This document shows positions 56,199-64,000 of a DNA stretch of 64,000 bases, piece by piece. The DNA is from a virus. The notes beneath the pieces were generated by a model. That model ran no database searches. It was not told the DNA's origin and saw only the letters and a list, made by a program, of their open reading frames with translations. The translations under genes were made by a program, and so were the position numbers. Position 1 is the stretch's first letter. Each line of letters begins with the position of its first letter. The DNA lies in the IMG/VR virus record IMGVR_UViG_3300042691_039794, positions 11,565 to 75,564 of that record. The stretch is one strand, 5' to 3'.

Positions 56199-56218
56199 TT
56201 TCATTTTATTTTTAGAAC

Positions 56219-58207
56219 ATGAAAATATTAATATCCGAAGAACAAGCTAAATTTATATTCGGACAAAAATATATTTGTCCGAAATGTAAACACACTTGGG
56301 AAATTGAAAAAAAAGATAAAGATCCGAAACTATGTCATTGGTGTGGTTGGGACGATGAGGAAAACACTTATGATGACAACAAGTTATTAACTTTTTGGGA
56401 AAAAGAATCAAAAAAAGATCAAAGAAAGTTAAATTGGGTTGAAGAAAACAAAATTTGGGAAAAAAAGGAAAAAAAATCTTCTTTAGTCGAAGAAATTCAA
56501 AAAATACTTCAAGAATCTCTAACTTCAGGAACGCCCACTTGGGAATTGATTGCGGAACTTTTTGAAGGAATTTTAAAAAAAGGAGAAAAAGAATCTTTAA
56601 CCCAAGAAGAAAAAAAACTCATAGTCGATATTTTTGAAAAATCAAACTTTGAGAATAAACCCGAAAGACAATTTGCGGAGGAGAGTGAAAATGTACTAAC
56701 AAAACAGGCTTTCGAATACTTCAGAAAAAACTTCTCATCTATTTCTGAGATCAGCTTTATTAAAACAATTTATCCCCAAATTGAAACAGGTATCAAAAAT
56801 ATAAATTATACAAGGGCCAAAAGTATCTACAAAGAATACGTAGAAAAATTAGTTGAAAAAGAAAATTGTGATTATTGTCAGACGGCTAAAGAAATACTCG
56901 ATTTAGAAACCAAAAGCGATTTATCTCCCGCTCAACTTTTAGAATTGGAGGAAAAATGGAATGTATTAAAACAAAAAAGAAATTTGCAATTTCCTGATAA
57001 TAAATTAGGACAAGAATTAGAAACCGAGGTTGATAAAATTTTGGAAAATCAAAAAAAATTAAACGAATATCAAATACAACTTACTAAAATCTCGCCCAAT
57101 GAAAATGTTGTTGTTAAAATCGATATAAAAAATAAATTCAGCGAAAGTGACCTTAGTAAAAAAATATCGGAGGCAATTAGAACCGCAATACAAAATAACC
57201 CAACTAGAAAAGTCGAAACGTCAAACATTGAAAGTACCTTCAAGAATATGGATGAAGATATCTATAACCCTAAACTTGCAAATACCGAATTTTATGATGA
57301 AAATGGATTGAATAAAAAATTTGTAGAGGCTTTAAATAAAGAAAAACCTAACTTTTTGAAAAATTTAAAAAATGGTAAATATCAAAATGTTTTAGATGCA
57401 GACGGTAATTGGAGTCCATTAAACAAATTAGACACCAATCAAGGAGATAGAATCGCTTTATTTTCTGATTATGTTCAAAAAGAAATCGGTAAAAATATTG
57501 ATGAATTGTCGGAAGAGGAATTTAATCAAGCTGTTGGTCAATTCATAAATGACTGTAAGAAAAATCCTGAAAAAATTAATGGTTTAATAGACGCAAATGT
57601 GGAAAAATATACCACGAACATTCTAAAAAATACGGAAGTCGGAGACGTTATTGAACAAAATTTTATAAACAGAATCCAAGAAATATTTCCAGATTCAAAA
57701 ATTGTATTTAGGGGAACTAATGGAAATGCTTTGGACAAAGCAGGTATAGATGCTTGGATGAAAAATTCGGACGGAACTTATGTTCCATTACAATTTAAAA
57801 AAGGAAATGATCTTAAAATTAACCCAATTTCAAATAAAACTTCAGGTATTGAAAAGAACGAAGGTTATTCGGTTTTTGTTTCATCTGCAGTTTATTTAAA
57901 ATCAGGATATTTGGGCGTTGAGGATGGATTAGGAAATTGGATTTTGTTTCCACCACAACAACTTTATACCGCGGCAGACAAAATTTTGTTACCTAACGGT
58001 AAATACAAAGTTACACGATATGAAATGAAAACTGACAAGTTTGGTAATCCAGTTCAGGGTTTTACTTCAGGGTCAAAAAGAACACATTATATTGATGTAT
58101 TACCGGATGTACCTGGCAAAGAAGTTTACGTCGGGTTTCAACAACCAACAGATTTAGGAAAAAAAATAGATATTGAATTTGATAAACCTTTAGACACCGA
58201 TTTATGA
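56219..58207 (+). CDS. large late protein: Zn ribbon, helical core, putative PD-(D/E)xK nuclease-like domain
   Basis: CPKC...CHWC; G...E...D..GID...PLQFK. Confidence 0.55.
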   Translation: MKILISEEQAKFIFGQKYICPKCKHTWEIEKKDKDPKLCHWCGWDDEENTYDDNKLLTFWEKESKKDQRKLNWVEENKIWEKKEKKSSLVEEIQKILQESLTSGTPTWELIAELFEGILKKGEKESLTQEEKKLIVDIFEKSNFENKPERQFAEESENVLTKQAFEYFRKNFSSISEISFIKTIYPQIETGIKNINYTRAKSIYKEYVEKLVEKENCDYCQTAKEILDLETKSDLSPAQLLELEEKWNVLKQKRNLQFPDNKLGQELETEVDKILENQKKLNEYQIQLTKISPNENVVVKIDIKNKFSESDLSKKISEAIRTAIQNNPTRKVETSNIESTFKNMDEDIYNPKLANTEFYDENGLNKKFVEALNKEKPNFLKNLKNGKYQNVLDADGNWSPLNKLDTNQGDRIALFSDYVQKEIGKNIDELSEEEFNQAVGQFINDCKKNPEKINGLIDANVEKYTTNILKNTEVGDVIEQNFINRIQEIFPDSKIVFRGTNGNALDKAGIDAWMKNSDGTYVPLQFKKGNDLKINPISNKTSGIEKNEGYSVFVSSAVYLKSGYLGVEDGLGNWILFPPQQLYTAADKILLPNGKYKVTRYEMKTDKFGNPVQGFTSGSKRTHYIDVLPDVPGKEVYVGFQQPTDLGKKIDIEFDKPLDTDL

Positions 58208-58425
58208 TGAATAAAACACCATTCCAAACCTTCATCAAAGAACTTGAAAACAGAAATATGAAAGAATCTGAAATTTATCAATTGGCAAAAGAGTTGCAAA
58301 AAAACGAAAGATCAATGATTAACGGAGTTTATGATTCTGGCCATTTTGACTCTGAAATGAAAAGAACAAAAAAAAATTATTATGACAATAAATTTGATTC
58401 TTATTTTCGGATTTCTAACCAATAA
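58204..58425 (+). CDS. hypothetical protein
   Basis: 73-aa ORF. Confidence 0.65.
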   Translation: MMNKTPFQTFIKELENRNMKESEIYQLAKELQKNERSMINGVYDSGHFDSEMKRTKKNYYDNKFDSYFRISNQ

Positions 58426-59689
58426 CTTTTTTTGATCTTTTTTGTCGGTGAAAAGAAATTACAAATCTGTGAACTTCATTTTGAACCTCAGCGAGCAAAA
58501 ACCCAAAATCATTTCGTGGAATATCAAATGACGACCCATCAATCAAGTGAATTGTTTGAGATTGGTGTTTGTCATTTTTAGAAATAGAAATTAAATCAAT
58601 ACGAGACAATAAATCAAGAGATTCAAACACTTGTTTTGCAACACCCAACTGACCCTTACCGCCATCGATAATAACTAATGAAGGTAGTTCTTGTTTTTCA
58701 TTCAAAAGACGTGTAAAACGACGAGAAATAACTTCAGTGAAAGAAGCGTAGTCATCAGGACCCTCAACACTTTTGATATTGAACTTACGATAGTTTGACT
58801 TATCAGTTTTACCATTTTTGTAACGAACTAAAGCGGACACCTGACAATCACCGGCAGTGTGAGAGTTGTCAAACGCCTCAATCAAAGTAGGGACATTTAC
58901 AAGACCCAAAGATTCTTTGAATTGACGGGCAACATCATTGTATTTTCTAACGCGAAAAGGCTCAAGTTTTTTCTCAAGTAAATCAACCACAGAGATTTTG
59001 TTTTTTAACTCGTTGGCTTTTTCGAACTCCATGGAATCGGAAAAATATTTCATAGATTTTTTCAGACGAGAACGAACCTTGTCAAACTCAAAAGAAAATA
59101 CTTCTTTCATCTCATTTACAATTTTCTTGTATGAGAACTTCAGAATGTTTGAAATACAAGGAGCATTACAACGACCAAGATGAAACTCCAAACAGGTTTT
59201 GAACTTCTCGTTTGAAATGTTTTCTTCAGTCAAGTTGTAAGAACAAGATCTTAGATTGAAAATGTCATGAACCATTTCATAAATTTCATAACAAGAGTTG
59301 GAACTCGTGGATTCCAAAAGAACCTCACCTGAAAAGTTAGAAGGATTACAAACTTGTAAACGAGGAAACTCCTCATCACTTATAGTAATAAACCAACGAC
59401 GAGATCTGTCGTCTTTTGCTTTAATATTATATTTTGGCTTCAAAGATTTTATAAGTTCATCCTCCAACAAAAGAGCTTGTGATTCATCGTTTGTAGTCAT
59501 GAACTCAACATCACGGATTTCGTTTACCAAAAAAGTTGTCTTCTGATCTTTGTGATTTTTTTGAAAATAAGATTTTACTCGTTTAGGAAGATACTTCGAT
59601 TTGCCAACATAGATGATCTGACCCTTCTCATTTTTGAAAAGGTAACAACCGCTAGATTGGGGAATGTTTGAAAGTTTCTCTGTGATCAC
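58415..59689 (-). CDS. uvrC: UvrC-like excinuclease lacking the C-terminal HhH domain
   Basis: GCYLFK...IYVGKSK, PKYN, Cys cluster, FE.A, EAFDNSH, YRKFNI, DDYA, IIDGGKGQL, NEVHRF. Confidence 0.9.
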   Translation of the reverse strand: MITEKLSNIPQSSGCYLFKNEKGQIIYVGKSKYLPKRVKSYFQKNHKDQKTTFLVNEIRDVEFMTTNDESQALLLEDELIKSLKPKYNIKAKDDRSRRWFITISDEEFPRLQVCNPSNFSGEVLLESTSSNSCYEIYEMVHDIFNLRSCSYNLTEENISNEKFKTCLEFHLGRCNAPCISNILKFSYKKIVNEMKEVFSFEFDKVRSRLKKSMKYFSDSMEFEKANELKNKISVVDLLEKKLEPFRVRKYNDVARQFKESLGLVNVPTLIEAFDNSHTAGDCQVSALVRYKNGKTDKSNYRKFNIKSVEGPDDYASFTEVISRRFTRLLNEKQELPSLVIIDGGKGQLGVAKQVFESLDLLSRIDLISISKNDKHQSQTIHLIDGSSFDIPRNDFGFLLAEVQNEVHRFVISFHRQKRSKKVIG

Positions 59690-59693
59690 AATA

Positions 59694-59701
59694 CAAATAT
59701 A
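59694..59701 (-). promoter_or_regulatory. TATATTTG promoter 4 nt before the uvrC GTG
   Basis: TAnnTTTG consensus. Confidence 0.6.
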
Positions 59702-59913
59702 GTAAAAATATATGTTACGGCAAAGCTAAGTGGTTACCTTTGTGTTAAGTATTTCGAATTATACAAATTTAGTCGGATAAAATACTATCTATTAATAGAA
59801 AACTTTTATGTTATGTTCATATTCTTTACGACCGCAGTTTTTTTCTTTGTAGTAATTTCAAAAGATAGAAAAGATTACTTTGATTATCACGGAAAATAGT
59901 TTACACTTACAAT

Positions 59914-60627
59914 ATGGAGTTAAATAAATTTCTAACCATAGTAATCCCTTGTAAGAATGAAAAAGACATTATTCAAAAAACTTTGGATTTACTTAACTAT
60001 CAATCAGACATAAAAGGAGTTCAAGTTATTGTATGTGACAATTCCAATGACCAAATTACAAAAGAGAATCTCAAAAAAAGATCAAATTCAAAAACCGATC
60101 AGTTTTATTTACGAGTTACTGATGGTGGTTTACCTGGAGTTGCCCGAAACAGAGGTTTTGAAAATGTCAATACACCATATGTCTTATTTATGGATTCGGA
60201 TGTATACCTCCTTGATCCAAAAACAATCAAAAGATCAATTCTAAAAATACTTCAAAAAAACTTGGATCTTGTTACAACTAAGTTCAGAAGTGATAATGGA
60301 AAGTTCAATTATATTTATAAAACTTTTGATTTACTACAAACACTTTCTAAATGGTCTACCCCTTTTTGTTTGGGAGGATATATGTTAATCAAATCAGAAA
60401 CATTCAGACAACTTAATGGTTTTGATGAAGAAGTAAAAGTTGCTGAAGATTATTACTTTTCAAAACAAATTAAACCAAAAAAGTTTTCAAGAATTAATAA
60501 TGTGGTTTTCACACCACCAAGAAGATTTGAAAACAAAGGACTTAAGTATATGATTAAGTTATTCTTTGGATCATTCTTCAATCATAAAAATAAATCATAT
60601 TTTACGAGAGACAAAAATTACTGGTAA
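59914..60627 (+). CDS. GT2 glycosyltransferase
   Basis: IVIPCKNE, D.S.D, ARN.G, FMDSD, GFDE...AED, RRF. Confidence 0.9.
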   Translation: MELNKFLTIVIPCKNEKDIIQKTLDLLNYQSDIKGVQVIVCDNSNDQITKENLKKRSNSKTDQFYLRVTDGGLPGVARNRGFENVNTPYVLFMDSDVYLLDPKTIKRSILKILQKNLDLVTTKFRSDNGKFNYIYKTFDLLQTLSKWSTPFCLGGYMLIKSETFRQLNGFDEEVKVAEDYYFSKQIKPKKFSRINNVVFTPPRRFENKGLKYMIKLFFGSFFNHKNKSYFTRDKNYW

Positions 60628-61340
60628 TGAAGAAGTGGAAAACCGTAGTCATGAGTGATCTACATTTAGGGGCTCGTCAGTCACAAACAGATAAGATACT
60701 GAAGTTTTTAGAAGAAAATGAGATGGAAACTTTAATATTGAATGGGGATATTATTGATGGATGGGCAATTAGAAGTGGGGGTAAGTGGACAAATGATTGT
60801 ACAAAAATCATTAGAAAATTTATCAAATTATCTGAAGGAAAAACTAAAGTAATTTACATTAGAGGAAACCATGATGATTTCTTAAAAGATTTTATACCTT
60901 TTAAGTTAAACAATATCGAAATAGTGAGAATGTATAATCATGTTGGGGTTGACGGTAGAAGTTACTATTGTTTCCATGGAGATGTTTTGGACTTTGTTAT
61001 TATGAAAGCCAGATGGTTAGCAGTTGTTGGTGGTTGGTCTTATGATTTTGTAATCAAATTAAACACAATGTATAATAAGATCAGAAAAATGTTCAATCTA
61101 AAGTATCACTCTTTGGCTAATGACATTAAACAAACAGTAAAAGGGGCTATTAACTTTGTATCCGATTTCGAAACTGGAGCAAAAGGTTTAACAAAAGAAA
61201 AAGGTTATGATGTTGCGGTTTGCGGTCACATCCATCAACCCAAATTGGAAATTGATTACATGAATTCGGGAGATTTTTGTGAAAATTCAACATGTCTTGT
61301 TGAAGATAAAAAAGGAAAATGGTATATTTTAACCATATGA
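60627..61340 (+). CDS. LpxH-like (UDP-2,3-diacylglucosamine diphosphatase family) metallophosphoesterase
   Basis: SDLHLG, GDIIDGW, GNHD, HGD..D, CGHIHQP, Y.NSGD. Confidence 0.85.
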   Translation: MKKWKTVVMSDLHLGARQSQTDKILKFLEENEMETLILNGDIIDGWAIRSGGKWTNDCTKIIRKFIKLSEGKTKVIYIRGNHDDFLKDFIPFKLNNIEIVRMYNHVGVDGRSYYCFHGDVLDFVIMKARWLAVVGGWSYDFVIKLNTMYNKIRKMFNLKYHSLANDIKQTVKGAINFVSDFETGAKGLTKEKGYDVAVCGHIHQPKLEIDYMNSGDFCENSTCLVEDKKGKWYILTI

Positions 61341-61612
61341 AAAATATAATTTTAATTTTAATTTTTTTGTTACCTGTCAAATTACTTTCTCAAGAAAAAA
61401 AAGATAGCATACCACATTTGATATCCCAAGGTACAACAAGTTGTCTACTTTCTACATTACCAATCATAGGTGGTGTTGGAGTAATTATGGATGGAGGCGA
61501 TATGAAAACAAAATCCCAATCATATGTATTTTTTGGTGTCGGTGTCATTATGAATGTAGATGCACTATTCGCATTTCGTAGGGTGAAATATCTTTCAAAA
61601 CATAGGATATAG
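61337..61612 (+). CDS. membrane or secreted protein
   Basis: SP ...LLS/Q followed by two hydrophobic segments. Confidence 0.65.
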   Translation: MKNIILILIFLLPVKLLSQEKKDSIPHLISQGTTSCLLSTLPIIGGVGVIMDGGDMKTKSQSYVFFGVGVIMNVDALFAFRRVKYLSKHRI

Positions 61613-61660
61613 GTATTTTCTTTAAGTTTTATTTTTTCTATACTTAAAATAAAACTTAAT

Positions 61661-62233
61661 ATGAAAACCTTAATTTTATCTTTATTCGTGAGTTTATTTA
61701 CAATTGTAAGTTTCTCACAAATTCCCGTCAATGTTTATGTTGTCAACCCTAATGGATGTCCTTATTCTTTAACAAACACATGGAGTAGTCCGACAGGTGC
61801 AGGAAATGCGTCAGTCACTTCTGTTGATTCATTGGTTAATCAAGAAGTTTGGCACTTAGATGTACAAGACACATCAAACCAAGCAATGTTAACTGTGTGT
61901 GCAATTCCAGCACCACCTTGTAATTGTCCCATGGAATGTATGGGGCCAACACCAATTTATCCTAACATCTCAATTACTCTTTTGTTGTGTTCTAACATGA
62001 ATGTTGATGAATTGGAAGTGATCACAATTGAAAATCCACTTCTTGGTTTAGTTGTAATACCAATGACAGAATCAACAACTTTCTATCTAATCAATTCAGA
62101 AAGTAAAATTGTCAAGTGGGCAAAAAACACAAACTCACCGTCTTTTGATTCAGACGATTTACAATCAGGAATTTACCATTTAGTATTGGAGACACCAACG
62201 GGTAAAAAAATCTATAAACTAATAAAACTATAA
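61661..62233 (+). CDS. secreted Cys-containing protein with a degenerate T9SS CTD
   Basis: SP ...SFS/Q; NP...YLIN..SKIV...LQSGIYHL...KLIKL. Confidence 0.7.
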   Translation: MKTLILSLFVSLFTIVSFSQIPVNVYVVNPNGCPYSLTNTWSSPTGAGNASVTSVDSLVNQEVWHLDVQDTSNQAMLTVCAIPAPPCNCPMECMGPTPIYPNISITLLLCSNMNVDELEVITIENPLLGLVVIPMTESTTFYLINSESKIVKWAKNTNSPSFDSDDLQSGIYHLVLETPTGKKIYKLIKL

Positions 62234-62242
62234 AAACAAAAA

Positions 62243-62785
62243 ATGAAACAACTTGTTATTGATCCTGCCCATTCTGATTTGGGTTTCAAAATCAGACACT
62301 TAATGGTATCTAATGTGAAAGGTACATTAACTAACTACTCAGGTGGTATGACTTACACTGCAGAAGATATGAGCGACGCTCAAGTAAGATTTGAGGCTGA
62401 GGTAAATTCTATTTCTACAGGAAACTCTGACCGTGATACACACTTAAACGCAGAAGATTTCTTCAACACAGAAAGATTCCCAAGAATGTACTTTGAATCA
62501 ACAATGGTTAATGTCGAAAACCAAAAAATGAAAGGTGAGATGACCATCAAAGATACAACAAAAGAAATTGAGTTGACTATTGAATATAACGGTAAGAGTG
62601 TTGATCCTTGGGGTAATACAAAACATGGTTTTGAAATTACAGGAACAATCAACCGTTCTGATTTTGATCTTACATGGAACGCACCTCTTGAAACAGGAGG
62701 ACTTCTTTTAAGCGATGAGGTTAAATTGACACTCGATGTTCAGATGATGGAAATGGTTGAACAAACTGAAGAACAACCAGCGTAA
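62243..62785 (+). CDS. yceI: YceI-family protein
   Basis: IDPAHS..F..RHLM.S.V.G, SI.TG...RD.HL...DFF, DPWG, INR.DF...WN. Confidence 0.92.
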   Translation: MKQLVIDPAHSDLGFKIRHLMVSNVKGTLTNYSGGMTYTAEDMSDAQVRFEAEVNSISTGNSDRDTHLNAEDFFNTERFPRMYFESTMVNVENQKMKGEMTIKDTTKEIELTIEYNGKSVDPWGNTKHGFEITGTINRSDFDLTWNAPLETGGLLLSDEVKLTLDVQMMEMVEQTEEQPA

Positions 62786-62813
62786 TATAATTTCAGTACA
62801 ACACTAAAATATA

Positions 62814-62850
62814 GAAATCCCCACTAAAAAAGTTGGGGATTTTTCTTTTT
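62814..62850 (+). terminator. intrinsic terminator
   Basis: AAATCCCCA/TGGGGATTT followed by a T tract. Confidence 0.75.
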
Positions 62851-62881
62851 TATATCATTTACATTTACTATATTTTAGTAT

Positions 62882-63112
62882 ATGTTACGACACCAAAACC
62901 CAATTCACATTAACGCTACAACAACAGGATTTGCGTCACCAGCAGAAACCTATGTTGACAAACGACTTGATTTAAATGACCTAATTGTAAAGGATCATTA
63001 CACAACATTTTATTTCAAGTATTCAGGGCCAACCGTATTTGGAATCAATCAAGATTATATTACTCAAAAATATACTACATCTTGGAATGAATTACCGCTT
63101 GTTTTTATTTAG
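62882..63112 (+). pseudogene. in-frame chimera of a UmuD N-terminus and a UmuC C-terminal tail (deleted umuDC remnant or mini-protein)
   Basis: GFASPAETYVDKRLDLNDL...FYFKYSG joined to QDYITQKYTTSWNELPLV. Confidence 0.7.
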
Positions 63113-63126
63113 TGAGGTATTTATAA

Positions 63127-64000
63127 ATGATGAAAAATCTTATTAGACGAATAATAAAAGAGGAAGTAAAAAAGTTACTTAACGAAAGTGGTATTAGAGA
63201 TATTAATAATATTGCTGAAAGATATAAAAAGGCAAAAATATATTTTCACCAAGATTTAGATGGCGTTGCAACTGCAATTGCCATGAAAAAATATTTGGAG
63301 GATTATGGAATAAAAGTTGTTGACGCTGAAATTATCCAATATGGTGGTAAAGAATTTGCAATTAGAAAACCAGATTTAGAAGAAGAAGCACGAGGAGAAG
63401 TAATGCCCGTGTTGGTTGACTTTGCTCACGGAAAACCAATGTTTGTTATTCACACGGATCATCACGATTCTCAAGCCGGAGTTGAAAAAGACACGGCAAC
63501 AAGTTTCAAACATGCCAGATCTAATGTTGAAACAATATCGCAATCAGTATCACCAAAAGAATTATTTACAGATGACGACATTAAAATAATATCAACCGTT
63601 GATTCTGCCAATTATGCTATTAACAAGATCACACCAGAAATGGTTATGAAGTTTATTTTCAAAATTGATAAAAATAAATCATCACAGGAAAATAAAATGT
63701 TGATGGGTTTGGTCACAAACAAGCTATTGTTGGCATATAAAAACTACCCAAAGTTCATGGAGTATTTGGTGTTGAATACTGAACCATCGATAGAAAACTT
63801 GTATAATAATATCAAAAAGTTAGCTAAAGAAAGAAATTACGCCGACACTGATACTATGATTAAAAATCAAGAAAAATATTTGAAAGATAGAAAAGAAGGT
63901 ACAAAAAGTAATCCAGGTGTTGAAGTTGTTGGTAATATACTAACACAGATGGATTTGGGGTCAATGAAAAAAGGATCATATGATAGATATGTACCCTTTC
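63127..64000 (+). CDS. DHH-family phosphoesterase, runs off the window (not in track)
   Basis: MMKNLIRRIIKEEVKKLLNE leader; FHQDLDG, LVDF, TDHH, VDSA; TATTTATA at 63118. Confidence 0.85.
   Translation, partial: MMKNLIRRIIKEEVKKLLNESGIRDINNIAERYKKAKIYFHQDLDGVATAIAMKKYLEDYGIKVVDAEIIQYGGKEFAIRKPDLEEEARGEVMPVLVDFAHGKPMFVIHTDHHDSQAGVEKDTATSFKHARSNVETISQSVSPKELFTDDDIKIISTVDSANYAINKITPEMVMKFIFKIDKNKSSQENKMLMGLVTNKLLLAYKNYPKFMEYLVLNTEPSIENLYNNIKKLAKERNYADTDTMIKNQEKYLKDRKEGTKSNPGVEVVGNILTQMDLGSMKKGSYDRYVPF

Noticed and set aside
59706-59745. c-di-GMP-like riboswitch (GGCAAAG)
   Set aside because: Only a weak GCAAAG/CTTTGT stem. The rest of the consensus is missing, and the segment is explained by divergent TAnnTTTG promoters.
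657-62652. Many short antisense or alternate-frame ORFs in the track (e.g. 657-902, 1455-1790, 6271-6678, 24418-24834, 46081-46407, 62380-62652)
   Set aside because: They are nested in better-supported genes and have no motifs or expression signals.
1-64000. CRISPR array, tRNA, rRNA, IS/transposase, integrase
   Set aside because: I saw no repeat-spacer periodicity, cloverleaf or T-loop pattern, or relevant protein motifs. Intergenic gaps are mostly too short.
1-64000. Stop-codon reassignment, as in some large Bacteroidota phages
   Set aside because: Well-known genes (dnaJ, glnII, thyA, rfbB) are full length under code 11, and TAG and TGA end genes that are followed by proper starts.

Overview
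This 64-kb window is very AT-rich and densely coding. It looks like part of a large T4-like (jumbo/huge) phage genome read with the standard genetic code. No capsid, terminase or polymerase gene is in view, so the phage call rests on gene content and promoter and leader patterns. The host is very probably Bacteroidota: TAnnTTTG promoters, signal peptides cut before Gln, T9SS C-terminal domains, an Hc1-like protein and a GSII. The window holds many short hypothetical genes plus accessory enzymes: DnaJ, two DNA methyltransferases, Trx/Grx, glutamine synthetase II, Nudix, RNA-repair proteins, an AAA ATPase, RmlB/RmlC, glycosyltransferases, ThyA, UvrC, YceI, a DHH phosphoesterase and five peptidoglycan-active enzymes. 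Highlights: (1) an 8.3-kb operon (41963-50239) that looks like a phage-encoded outer-membrane display system, with a cohesin/dockerin scaffold carrying a T9SS signal, a dockerin-bearing C-type lectin, two CsgG-like paralogs, two beta-barrel paralogs and a secreted HExxH protein; (2) a standalone ~220-nt structured ncRNA candidate (29324-29543); (3) a 78-aa DfrB/R67-like protein near thyA; (4) a UmuD-N/UmuC-C chimeric mini-gene; (5) a TATTTATA late-type promoter class coupled to N-terminal leaders ending in (I/L)xE, alongside apparently leaderless TAnnTTTG early genes. All family assignments come from recognising motifs by eye; no database search was run. I found no tRNA, rRNA, CRISPR array or transposase.
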